DNA of 52,961 nucleotides from Escherichia phage mEp013: sequence record PP180002; one strand, 5' to 3'. Shown piece by piece: positions 44,095 to 52,961 of this stretch (position 1 is its first letter; each line of letters starts with the position of its first letter). The notes under the pieces were generated by a model. It saw only the letters and a program-made list of their open reading frames with translations, ran no database searches and was not told where the DNA came from. The position numbers and the translations under genes were made by a program.

Positions 44095-44826
44095 ATGGCG
44101 CTTGAAGATAAAATGATTCGTTATGCAGCGGCCCACCCTGACGAGGAAGTGTGCGGGCTGGTGATAGATAACGATTATTTTTACCCGTGCTTAAACGTGT
44201 CTGAAACGCCGCACAACAGCTTTAAAATATCGCCTGACGATTATATCAAAGCTGACGAATTAGGCGTTATAACCGCCGTTTTTCACTCCCATACTGACAA
44301 TTCGTTGATATTGTCAGCACGGGATCGACAACAGCAGGTTATTTCCGGCCTGCCGTGGTATCTGTGTTCCGGCAGCATGGTTAGAAAGTTCCGCCCGGTG
44401 GCGCACCTGTTGGGCCGTAAATTTGAACACGGTAAAACAGATTGTTACTCGCTTTTCCGTGACGCCTATCACCTTTGCGGCGTGGATCTGCCTGACTTCG
44501 AGCGCCTTGATGGGTGGTGGCTGCGTGGGGAAAACCTGTATTTAAAAAACTTGCCGCTAAACGGGTTTTATCAGGTTGACGCGCAAAGCATCCAGCCAGG
44601 TGACGTAATAATCAGGCAGCCATTTAAAGGCGCTGACCCATGTCACGCGATGATTTACCTGGGCGATAACACCGTTTTGCATCATGACAATGCCGGACTA
44701 TTAAGCCGCCGCGAGCAAATGCGGCCCGCGTATGTTCGGCAAACGCATTCAATATGGAGATCTGACAAATGCTCAAATTTAGATTTACGGGCAATCTTCG
44801 AAGATATTACGGCAAGGTGTGTTTAA
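44095..44826 (+). CDS. K: tail assembly protein, lambda gpK-like (MPN/JAB plus NlpC/P60-like)
   Basis: Position; VFHSH..D metal motif and C-terminal Cys/His peptidase-like region. Confidence 0.75.
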   Translation: MALEDKMIRYAAAHPDEEVCGLVIDNDYFYPCLNVSETPHNSFKISPDDYIKADELGVITAVFHSHTDNSLILSARDRQQQVISGLPWYLCSGSMVRKFRPVAHLLGRKFEHGKTDCYSLFRDAYHLCGVDLPDFERLDGWWLRGENLYLKNLPLNGFYQVDAQSIQPGDVIIRQPFKGADPCHAMIYLGDNTVLHHDNAGLLSRREQMRPAYVRQTHSIWRSDKCSNLDLRAIFEDITARCV

Positions 44827-45299
44827 ACGTCGATACGCCAGCGCAAGGACTTCGCTTATTGACCGCACAGAATCAGGAGTTCAAGAAGGAATTTTTAAAT
44901 ACACCTTTGCGGTTACGAATTGCCGGGAAAGATTACAACGAAAAGACCGCGCCAGCGGCTGTCAATAGTAAATACCATGATGGGACCACTGTGATTATTG
45001 CGCCAGTAGTTGAAGGCGGTATTGCAGGGATTGGTGTTGTAGGCTGGATTTTGATCGGTGTTTCGGTTGTTAGCGTTGCGTTCTCGATCTTCATGTCACG
45101 CAACATGAAGATAAAAACATCAGCAGAAAGCGCACAAGATAACACCATATCTAACAACACATACACCAGCGTTGAAAACAAGGTTGGCCAGGGTAGACCA
45201 GTGCCGATCCTGTTGGGTGAAATGAAAATAGGTTCAAACGTCGGATCGTTAGGCATAGACACAAGTAATAACAAAGACGCCTTAGACGTTGTAAGTTAA
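44769..45299 (+). CDS. I: tail assembly protein, lambda gpI-like
   Basis: Position; Gly-rich hydrophobic central segment and ILLGEMKIGS tail as in gpI. Confidence 0.7.
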   Translation: MLKFRFTGNLRRYYGKVCLNVDTPAQGLRLLTAQNQEFKKEFLNTPLRLRIAGKDYNEKTAPAAVNSKYHDGTTVIIAPVVEGGIAGIGVVGWILIGVSVVSVAFSIFMSRNMKIKTSAESAQDNTISNNTYTSVENKVGQGRPVPILLGEMKIGSNVGSLGIDTSNNKDALDVVS

Positions 45300-45312
45300 C
45301 AGGAGAAAAGCC

Positions 45313-48300
45313 ATGAGTAGCGGCGGCAAAGCCAAAACACCAGTATTATTAAACGATAACCTGTATCACAAACAGTTTTATCGTGTTTTAGATATTCTCA
45401 GCGAGGGGCCGATATACGGTCCGGTAAACCAGAATGCGCCATTAAACAACGTAATGCTTAATGACACGCCCATCACTGACGCAAACGGAAACACATCAAT
45501 TCCTGGGATTAGTATAGCCTGGCGCAACGGCACGGCTGATCAATCGCCGATTAATGGTTTTAATGCCATCGAGTCAACCGTTATTGTCAACGCAAAGGTA
45601 ACTCACGACACGCCAATAATCAGGACTGTTTCAGATCCAAACGTTACCCGCGTCAGGTTAAATCTTGGTGTTGATGCTCTCGTTCAATCAGATAATAAGG
45701 GCAACCAATATAATACATCTGTCATGTTGATGGTTGATGTTAAACCGTCATCATCTTCTACGTGGTCGCTGGTTAAAGATATACACATTGGTCCCGGTAA
45801 ACAAAGTGGTGAATATCTGGAAGCTCACATCATCAAAGCTCCGGATGAAAAACCGTTTGATATTCGCGTTCGTCGCGTAACACCAGACAGCAACAGTGAT
45901 CTATTGCAGAATGATACGCGGTGGAGTAGCTACAGCGAAATCATAGACGATAATCTGTCTTATCCTCATACCGCTGTAGCTGGCGCGGTAATTGACCATG
46001 ACCAGTATACTGATACACCTACCCGCACATATCACCTTCGCGGCTTGATTGTTGACGTGCCTGATAACTACAACACAGAAACGCGCACGTACTCGGGGTT
46101 ATGGCTTGGTGGATTCAAAAAAGCGTACACCAACAACCCTGCGTGGATTTTCCGGTATCTTGTTAAAAACGAGCGCTTCGGACTTGCTCGACATGCTGGT
46201 TACATTGATGTTGATGATGGTGCTTTGTATGTGCTTTCTCAATACTGCGATCAGTTGGTTGATGATGGCTATGGTGGCCTTGAACCTCGCATGACGCTTA
46301 ACGCTTACATTACGGAGCAAATGAGCGCCCGCGACCTACTGGATAACATCGCAGGTATGTTTCGTGGTATCGCGTTATGGGACGGTCAACGCCTCACCGT
46401 GATGATTGATGCGCCACAGGATCCAATTGCCACCATCACAAACGCAAACGTCGTAGATGGCGCGTTTACTCGCTCAAGCCTTCCACTTGCAGAATGCTAC
46501 AACGCTGTGATCGTATCCTGGACCGACCCAGAAAACGGCTGGGAGCAATCAAAAGAATATGTAGCAGATGATGGTCTAATCGCCCGTGATGGTTACAACG
46601 AAACCACGCTTGAGGCGTTCGGGTGCACGTCACGCGGGCAAGCTCACCGCGCTGGGAAGTGGCTGATAGAAACAGCAAAACGCGAGCCGTCTAAATTCAC
46701 GTTTAAAATGGCCCGCGACGCAATTCACTTCACCCCTGGTGATATTATCGAGATACTCGACAATAACCGCGCAGGCGCTCGTTTAGGCGGTCGCATCGTG
46801 GCAAACAACGGCAGGGTTATCACCGTTGATAAGGTTGATTCTGAACATATCGCGGCTGGCGACACCATCAGCTTACTTGATAGTGATGGCAAGTTTAAAA
46901 AACACCAGATCACAGGAGTTAACGGAAACAACATCACCCTTGCATCCGCCCCGGCATGGATTCGTAACGGCACTGTATTTGCTGTATCAACCAACGCAGC
47001 AAAACCCGTTTTATGTAGAATCACCAGTGTAGCAGAAACAGAAAATAACAGCGTATACACCATCGAGGCCGCGCAGCATGATCCACATAAGCAGGCTGTA
47101 GTTGATAATGGTGCAATCTTCGAGATCAATAACGACACGCTTAATCACTTCCGCGTGCCGAACATTGAAAATCTGAAGGTGTTAAACGTTGGATCTGAAA
47201 CGGTTCAATGTCGCGCAACATGGGAAACACAGACGACAACGCGTCGCCTGACCTTTGAAATTCGCGTGTATAACGCCGACGGAGCAGTGGTTAAAAGCTA
47301 CGAAACTACGAATTACAGTTATGATTTTTATGGTATTGATGCTGGTAGGTACTCATTAGGCATTCGTGGCAGAAATGACACGGGCATGAAGGGTGCGGAA
47401 AGTATTGTGGATCTGGTCATTGGCGCACCTGCGGCCCCTGTCGGCGTTAATTGGGTTCCAGGTGTATTCCAAGCTACAGTTTACCCGATCAGCAGAACAA
47501 CGCTCACCACTGACACCAGTTATGAATTTTATTACTCAGGTGAAACACAGATCACCGATCCAGCATCAGTAACCACTAAGGCACAATATACAGGGCGTGG
47601 TCATCAGTGGACGTTTGGCGGCATGAATACGGGCCACACATATTACGTTTATGTGCGCACACGCAATGCTTTTGGCGTGTCTGACTTTGTTGAGGCATCA
47701 GGTAAGCCAACAGAAAACTTTGATGAAATCACCGATTACGTCACCAAAGACGTGATGAATTCAGAACAATTTAAGGGAATGGTAAGTGATATTAAGGATC
47801 TTGGCGACCGCACTGATCTTATCGAAAGCGCTACGAATGACCTTAAAACTGCTACTGACAACCTAATCACAGAAACAGGATCAATAAAAGCTGACACGGA
47901 TACACTTAAAAAAGAAACGGAAGATCTTTATAAAAAGGTTAAGGAAAACTCCGATGATATTGGACAGCATGAGTCTAGAATAGACTCGCTGGAGGTATCT
48001 AGCGAAAAAGTTGACAGCGAACTAGCGCAAGCAAAAGCAAGCCTGCAAAACGCTTCTATTGCTCTTATTAATAACTCACTTGCACAGACTAACACCCGTG
48101 TAACTCTTACCGCTCAGTACAAAAAAGGTAGAACAGAGACGAAGGCGGAAATTGACCGTATTGACAACGTTATCGCTGAAGAGAAAAAAGCGATTGCGGA
48201 ATCACTGGAAACCATCACGGCAGAAATGAATACGATGGATTCCAGCATCAAAGGCGAAATCGCCCGCGTGGACAAAGCAATAACAACAGAAACGCAGGCT

Positions 48301-49827
48301 AGAACGGAGGCTATAAACAACGTTAACGCCAGTATCAGCAGCCTGGAAAACAAAACTGACGCCAGCGTTTCCCGCCTGGATAAAGCAATATCAGATGAAA
48401 CGCAGGCAAGAAGCGACGCAATAACGGATGTTAAGGCTGATTTAACAACGCTTGAAAATAGCACGAACGCCAGCGTTAAACGCTTGGATCAGGCGATTGC
48501 CGATGAATCAAGCGCCCGCGCACAGGCAATATCTGGCATCAGCGCTGAACTTGGCACTATTGAGAATAATGTTGACAAAAACAGCGACGAAATAGATCAG
48601 GCGAAAGCAAGTCTACAAAACGCTTCGCTTGCACTTATCAACAACTCAATAGCTCAAAGCAAAATGAGCACCGTTATTGAGGCAAAATACAGGAAAGGCC
48701 AGATAAAAACAAAAGCGGAAATAGCAAGGATTGACACAGCAATAGCAGACGAAACACAGGCCCGCGCGGAGGCTATAGCATCACTTGAAGCCAATATTAA
48801 TGAAAACATTTCAGCAAAAATAACAGATATATCAACGGCGCTCGCAACTCACGAGGCATCAAGTGCTGAAAAATTTGTTCAAATATCGGCATCTTTCGAC
48901 GATGTAAACTCAAGCATTACAGAATGGTCACAGGCTATGGCAACGGCTGACGAGGCATTATCAAGCAAAATCGATCAGCTAACAGTGACCGTTAACGGGA
49001 ACACAACAGCGATACAGACAACGTCGAAAGCGTTAACCGACTTCAAAGGTAATATTGATGCGACGTACTCCATCAAGCTGGCAACCGACAACAACGGCAT
49101 GAAATACGCAACAGGTATGTCTCTTGGTTTAACTGGCAGCGGTACTAACGTTCAATCGCAGTGTATTTTCCTTGTTGACCGCTTCGTATTAATGACCGCA
49201 GCAAACGGCACATATACAACGCCTTTCTATGTGTCTAATGGTGCAATGTATGTTAAAGAAGCGTTTATTAAAAACGCATCAATAGGGACAGCTAAAATTG
49301 CAGATGCCGCCATTACTATGGCTAAAATTGTCAATGAAATAAAATCATCTAACTATGTCGCTGGATCGAATGGTTGGAGGATAACAAAAGACGGATCTTC
49401 TGAATTTAACAACGTTGTTGTAAGGGGTGAGGTACATGCTAATAGCGGTAAATTCGCTGGTACACTTGAGGCAAAAACCTTTATAGGTGACGTTGCGAAC
49501 ATGTATACAGGATCTGACGTTAGTAGAACAAGGGATGGCGAGTTGGTAAAAACAATCACATACACCGACACATCAGACGCTGCATATAGTAGACATGTTT
49601 GTGTTATGGCGAACGTCAAAGGCTATGGTGGTTGCACAATAAGTATCGGGGGTTCACGAAAAGCATCTATGGTAGATGGCACGGAGCGCCTTGTTATGCA
49701 TTCAGCAGCAGTAACTAGTAAGAGCGTTACAGTTACCATTAAGGTATCCGCTCAAAATAGCAAGGGGGCGTATATACAATCGCCGACCGTCATTGTGTCG
49801 CACGGTTCTGGTTCATTCTCAGGATAA
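45313..49827 (+). CDS. J: host specificity (tip attachment) protein J with C-terminal extension
   Basis: 1504 aa; N-terminal two-thirds J-like; C-terminal part has tandem coiled-coil repeats (DETQAR..AI and QAKASLQNAS.ALINNS.AQ). Confidence 0.85.
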   Translation: MSSGGKAKTPVLLNDNLYHKQFYRVLDILSEGPIYGPVNQNAPLNNVMLNDTPITDANGNTSIPGISIAWRNGTADQSPINGFNAIESTVIVNAKVTHDTPIIRTVSDPNVTRVRLNLGVDALVQSDNKGNQYNTSVMLMVDVKPSSSSTWSLVKDIHIGPGKQSGEYLEAHIIKAPDEKPFDIRVRRVTPDSNSDLLQNDTRWSSYSEIIDDNLSYPHTAVAGAVIDHDQYTDTPTRTYHLRGLIVDVPDNYNTETRTYSGLWLGGFKKAYTNNPAWIFRYLVKNERFGLARHAGYIDVDDGALYVLSQYCDQLVDDGYGGLEPRMTLNAYITEQMSARDLLDNIAGMFRGIALWDGQRLTVMIDAPQDPIATITNANVVDGAFTRSSLPLAECYNAVIVSWTDPENGWEQSKEYVADDGLIARDGYNETTLEAFGCTSRGQAHRAGKWLIETAKREPSKFTFKMARDAIHFTPGDIIEILDNNRAGARLGGRIVANNGRVITVDKVDSEHIAAGDTISLLDSDGKFKKHQITGVNGNNITLASAPAWIRNGTVFAVSTNAAKPVLCRITSVAETENNSVYTIEAAQHDPHKQAVVDNGAIFEINNDTLNHFRVPNIENLKVLNVGSETVQCRATWETQTTTRRLTFEIRVYNADGAVVKSYETTNYSYDFYGIDAGRYSLGIRGRNDTGMKGAESIVDLVIGAPAAPVGVNWVPGVFQATVYPISRTTLTTDTSYEFYYSGETQITDPASVTTKAQYTGRGHQWTFGGMNTGHTYYVYVRTRNAFGVSDFVEASGKPTENFDEITDYVTKDVMNSEQFKGMVSDIKDLGDRTDLIESATNDLKTATDNLITETGSIKADTDTLKKETEDLYKKVKENSDDIGQHESRIDSLEVSSEKVDSELAQAKASLQNASIALINNSLAQTNTRVTLTAQYKKGRTETKAEIDRIDNVIAEEKKAIAESLETITAEMNTMDSSIKGEIARVDKAITTETQARTEAINNVNASISSLENKTDASVSRLDKAISDETQARSDAITDVKADLTTLENSTNASVKRLDQAIADESSARAQAISGISAELGTIENNVDKNSDEIDQAKASLQNASLALINNSIAQSKMSTVIEAKYRKGQIKTKAEIARIDTAIADETQARAEAIASLEANINENISAKITDISTALATHEASSAEKFVQISASFDDVNSSITEWSQAMATADEALSSKIDQLTVTVNGNTTAIQTTSKALTDFKGNIDATYSIKLATDNNGMKYATGMSLGLTGSGTNVQSQCIFLVDRFVLMTAANGTYTTPFYVSNGAMYVKEAFIKNASIGTAKIADAAITMAKIVNEIKSSNYVAGSNGWRITKDGSSEFNNVVVRGEVHANSGKFAGTLEAKTFIGDVANMYTGSDVSRTRDGELVKTITYTDTSDAAYSRHVCVMANVKGYGGCTISIGGSRKASMVDGTERLVMHSAAVTSKSVTVTIKVSAQNSKGAYIQSPTVIVSHGSGSFSG

Positions 49828-49832
49828 AAAAT

Positions 49833-49860
49833 AACCCCGCTTCGCGCGGGGTTTTCTTTT
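49833..49860 (+). terminator. rho-independent terminator after J
   Basis: AACCCCGC-TTCGC-GCGGGGTT followed by TTCTTTT. Confidence 0.75.
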
Positions 49861-50107
49861 AGTAGTTAGCTACACAGTTCGACGGGCTACCGATGCGGCG
49901 CATGTTGTGATCGAGTTCATGACACCATTGCCCAGTATACGGCAGTTTTTCAGTGTCATAGACAAGATGACCGCTTCCATCATATACAACATCTTGTGGA
50001 ATCACTCCGCTATTCGGCAGGTTATGCAATGCAGCCTCTTTGTCAACAGCACAGCCAGTAAGAGCTACAGCCGCAGCGAACAAAACCACTTTGAACACGT
50101 TTCCCAT
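49859..50107 (-). CDS. small lipoprotein (moron) downstream of J
   Basis: 82 aa; signal peptide with lipobox LTGC; RBS GAGGA. Confidence 0.65.
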   Translation of the reverse strand: MGNVFKVVLFAAAVALTGCAVDKEAALHNLPNSGVIPQDVVYDGSGHLVYDTEKLPYTGQWCHELDHNMRRIGSPSNCVANY

Positions 50108-50283
50108 TTTTGAATCCTCATTCTTGTTTGCTCATCCGGCTCATCCGGTGGCTTAAATATCCGACAAAACCACATTTTGTATATTGATATAAATCAACAA
50201 AACATTTTGTGTAAGCAGAAAATGCAACATAGATCACAAAATGGTAGAATTATTCCGTTAATTAACATAATGGAGTCATTGCG

Positions 50284-52833
50284 ATGATTTATACAACCGG
50301 AACAATTGCCATCAATGGCAACACTGTTACAGGCACGGGGACAAACTTTTCCGCGCCGCTTTCCCTCATCCGTGTAGGGTGCACGCTCATTGCCATCGGC
50401 AATCCTGTACAGATCTTTACCATTACTGAAATCAAAAACGGTACTGAACTGTCAGTGACGCCAGCGGCTAACCCTGCGATCCCTGCGGGAACAAAATTTA
50501 GTATTCTGCTATCTGACTCTATCTCAGTTGATGGGCTTGCCCAGGACGTAGCCGAAACGCTGCGTTACTACCAGAGCAAGGAAACAGAGATCGCCACAGC
50601 CGTAGAATGGTGGAATGAGTTCGGCGGTGATGGTCAGATGGAACAGCTTCTTGCCGACATTCGCGCAGAAACAGCGAAATCAACCGCCAACGCTCAAAAA
50701 ACAGAATCAGACAAAAACGCGGCAGCAGCATCAAAAACGGCAGCAGCAAACTCAGCCACAGCAGCAAAAGCGTCACAGGATGCAGCAAAAGCCAGTGAAA
50801 CAGCAGCAAGCAACAGCAAAACAGCGGCGGCTACCAGCGAAACCAATGCGGCGAAATCAGCAGCCAATGCGCTTAACTATCGCAACCAGGCGCAGGCCAT
50901 TACCGGATCCAACATCGGTCTTTCCTCAAACCCAAGAGATTGCCCGGATATTTCAGGAAACCCATCAGGTTATCTTGGCTTTCTTCGCATCATGGAAGGT
51001 GCTACCGGGTGGCCATCCATTGCTTCAGGCGAGCGCTATTTATCTGGCTTTATTTGCCCGACCTTAGGCAGTGTCCCGGCATTTTCTGGTCTTTTTATAG
51101 GGCATATTACCGGCAGCGCTTACACTTATAAATGGAGTGAATCAACAGGCCCGCAATGGACAAGGCACGTAAGAAAAGACGAAGTATCAAGGCTTTATAA
51201 CTACACCGTTGAAACACAGCTTTACGCTGGAGAATCAACCAATTATTTATTCATAAGTAATTCAGCATGGGGGGCCAGAACCGAATCAGGGCCGCTTCCT
51301 TTGGGTTTAACATATGGTGGGACTGGTGGCGGTAACGCGGGACAAGCGCGCACAAACCTTGAGGCTATGTATGAGAAAAAATCAAATCTCGGTTCCACCA
51401 ACATTAATACGCTCACTGGCGAGTATTCCGGTTTTTATAGCCAGGGGCTAAGCGCTAACGCTACATCAGCCAATGGTTATCCTACGCAAAGCGCTGGATC
51501 GTTGCTAGTTATCAAAAACGGTGCAAACGGTAACGCTGGATGCACTCAGCTTTATTTCCCTTTCAATGGTACAAATGGCGTTTTTTATATGCGCCAGCAC
51601 ATTCTTCAGTCTTCAACAACTGGCTGGGAGTGGACCGCATGGAAAAAATTTCAGTCACTTGATTTTGCTGATAGCCCGCAATTTAAAAATCTCAATCTTG
51701 TAATTTCTTCGGATAATGAAATCACTAACGGAGGTATGCTGCAAAGCATACTCAACGGTGCAACAGGAGCGCAAAGAGCCAGAACGCGCATTTACACAGA
51801 GTTTAGGGGTGATGGTAAGGCGTGGGCAACAACTCACCTACAGAGTGGTGACAAAAACAAATATGCAGGATTGAGCGAAGACGGCGATTTTGCTTTAAGT
51901 ACAGGTGATTTTGTCGCCAGAAGTGCACGATTATCATCAAACGTAACCAATCCATTGACTTTGACTAGCGCACACCCAACAATAAAATTTGATGAGACCG
52001 ACAGACCTGAAGGGGCGCCGGACTACGCTTTTATATTTGACGGCGGCAACTGGCGCATAGAAAAAAACCATTGGGAAACTCCAGCAGGTAGCAATTGCAT
52101 TAGCTACAACTATGCGAGTGATGAAATAGAACTACCTAACCTGAAGGTAGTAAAAGGTAATTCAAAATTAATAAGAACTTTTAGCTACGACTCTGCTTTT
52201 AGTAAAAGATTGGGCCTTAACACCTTAGGCACTACATCAAAAGACGCAGAAATATATTTGTGGGGTGAAACATCAAGGCCGACAGTATTAGAGTTCAAGT
52301 TAAAAGAACCAGGTACTGACACGACCTGCAAATGGCTTTTTTTCGGTCAATTAAATACGGACGACTCAGCTCATCTGCAAGTTAACGGTACTGTAAACTG
52401 TGTAGCAGTAAATCAAGGATCAGACCGCGACCTGAAAGACAACATTCAGGTTATAGGTGATGCAACTGAAGCAATCCGTAAAATGAACGGGTACACCTAC
52501 ACGCTCAAGGAAAACGGCCTTCCTTACGCTGGTGTTATCGCTCAAGAGGTCATGGAGGCGCTGCCGGAGGCTGTAGGATCGTTTACTCATTACGGTAAAG
52601 CATTGCAAGGCCCGACCATTGACGGCAACGAGCTACGCGAAGAAACGCGTTACCTCAATGTTGACTATGCTGCAGTGACTGGCTTACTTGTCCAGGTGGC
52701 ACGCGAAACAGATAATCGCGTCACCGAACTGGAAGAGGAAAACGCCAGCCTACGCGCCAACATTGCCGCAATGGATGAGCGGATCGCAAAACTTGAAGCG
52801 CTTGTCCTACAGTTAACCGGAAGCGAAAAATAA
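50284..52833 (+). CDS. tail fibre protein with C-terminal S74-type intramolecular chaperone domain
   Basis: N-terminal fibre anchor, Ala/Ser/Thr-rich shaft, C-terminal S74 chaperone signature (SDRDLKDNI...GVIAQEV...VDY), predicted autocleavage at Ser713 (52420). Confidence 0.8.
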   Translation: MIYTTGTIAINGNTVTGTGTNFSAPLSLIRVGCTLIAIGNPVQIFTITEIKNGTELSVTPAANPAIPAGTKFSILLSDSISVDGLAQDVAETLRYYQSKETEIATAVEWWNEFGGDGQMEQLLADIRAETAKSTANAQKTESDKNAAAASKTAAANSATAAKASQDAAKASETAASNSKTAAATSETNAAKSAANALNYRNQAQAITGSNIGLSSNPRDCPDISGNPSGYLGFLRIMEGATGWPSIASGERYLSGFICPTLGSVPAFSGLFIGHITGSAYTYKWSESTGPQWTRHVRKDEVSRLYNYTVETQLYAGESTNYLFISNSAWGARTESGPLPLGLTYGGTGGGNAGQARTNLEAMYEKKSNLGSTNINTLTGEYSGFYSQGLSANATSANGYPTQSAGSLLVIKNGANGNAGCTQLYFPFNGTNGVFYMRQHILQSSTTGWEWTAWKKFQSLDFADSPQFKNLNLVISSDNEITNGGMLQSILNGATGAQRARTRIYTEFRGDGKAWATTHLQSGDKNKYAGLSEDGDFALSTGDFVARSARLSSNVTNPLTLTSAHPTIKFDETDRPEGAPDYAFIFDGGNWRIEKNHWETPAGSNCISYNYASDEIELPNLKVVKGNSKLIRTFSYDSAFSKRLGLNTLGTTSKDAEIYLWGETSRPTVLEFKLKEPGTDTTCKWLFFGQLNTDDSAHLQVNGTVNCVAVNQGSDRDLKDNIQVIGDATEAIRKMNGYTYTLKENGLPYAGVIAQEVMEALPEAVGSFTHYGKALQGPTIDGNELREETRYLNVDYAAVTGLLVQVARETDNRVTELEEENASLRANIAAMDERIAKLEALVLQLTGSEK

Positions 52834-52862
52834 GAGGTGATGTGCGAAGAACATCGCCGCGC

Positions 52863-52891
52863 GAAACGAGGCTAACGCCTCGTTTCTTTTT
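52863..52891 (+). terminator. rho-independent terminator after tail fibre gene
   Basis: AAACGAGGC-TAAC-GCCTCGTTT followed by CTTTTT. Confidence 0.75.
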
Positions 52892-52912
52892 GTGTACCAA
52901 ATTGTGACCAAA
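52891..52912. repeat. right copy of 22-bp direct repeat TGTGTACCAAATTGTGACCAAA (att-associated)
   Basis: 21/22 identical to 161-182; immediately after the tail-fibre terminator. Confidence 0.45.
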
Positions 52913-52961
52913 TTGATAAATCAAAAACAAAAACAAAGCATAAGATGTTGAATACAAATTA

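Larger units (their letters stand above)
161..52912. mobile_element. near-complete lambdoid (lambda-like siphovirus) prophage, ~52.7 kb
   Basis: Ordered modules int/xis, replication, cI, N-like/erf/ssb, ninG/rusA/Q, lysis, HNH-terS-terL, head, lambda-type tail H-M-L-K-I-J, tail fibre; 22-bp direct repeat near both ends. Confidence 0.85.

Noticed and set aside
46049-48464. Several 60-137 aa ORFs on both strands within the J gene (46049..46294, 46099..46320, 46466..46678, 46725..47138, 46826..47032, 48114..48464)
   Set aside because: Fully embedded in a long, well-supported J coding sequence; low-complexity translations typical of out-of-frame or antisense reads.
1-52961. tRNA, rRNA or tmRNA genes, including a tRNA at the att site
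   Set aside because: No cloverleaf-like sequence or conserved tRNA T-loop/anticodon arrangement was recognisable by eye at either flank or internally; tRNAscan-SE should confirm.

Overview
The window is essentially one near-complete lambdoid (lambda-like siphovirus) prophage of about 52.7 kb, bracketed by a 22-bp direct repeat at 161-182 and 52891-52912. All calls rest on reading the six-frame translations and the DNA by eye; no database search was run, so family names are motif-based recollections. Layout: P4-type integrase (+) and a convergent Xis-like ORF; a minus-strand replication operon (Cro-position wHTH, O-like initiator with four in-gene iterons, DnaB-type helicase, HTH-metallophosphoesterase, NinB); then on the plus strand cI -> terminator -> PL-like promoter -> boxA/boxB -> N-like ARM protein -> erf, HNH, ssb, many small ORFs, a Dam / YhhQ-like / C5-MTase-like cluster, ninG, rusA, Q, 13 small ORFs, PR'-like promoter plus terminator, holin / SAR-endolysin / Rz / Rz1, HEXXH protein, HNH, terS, terL, portal, head genes, and a lambda-type tail (H, M, L, K, I, 1504-aa J) with an S74-chaperone tail fibre. 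Main candidates for something new: (1) a tandem array of seven 22-35 aa single-TM mini-proteins just upstream of terS; (2) a YhhQ-like transporter translationally coupled to a compact C5-MTase-like protein, with no DpdA/TGT seen; (3) a protein of five tandem zinc-ribbon repeats plus a GIY-YIG-like C-terminal domain, with a one-repeat paralog in the replication operon; (4) four opposite-strand cassettes interrupting the tail operon; (5) a recurring TATACAAAATGG motif at module boundaries.
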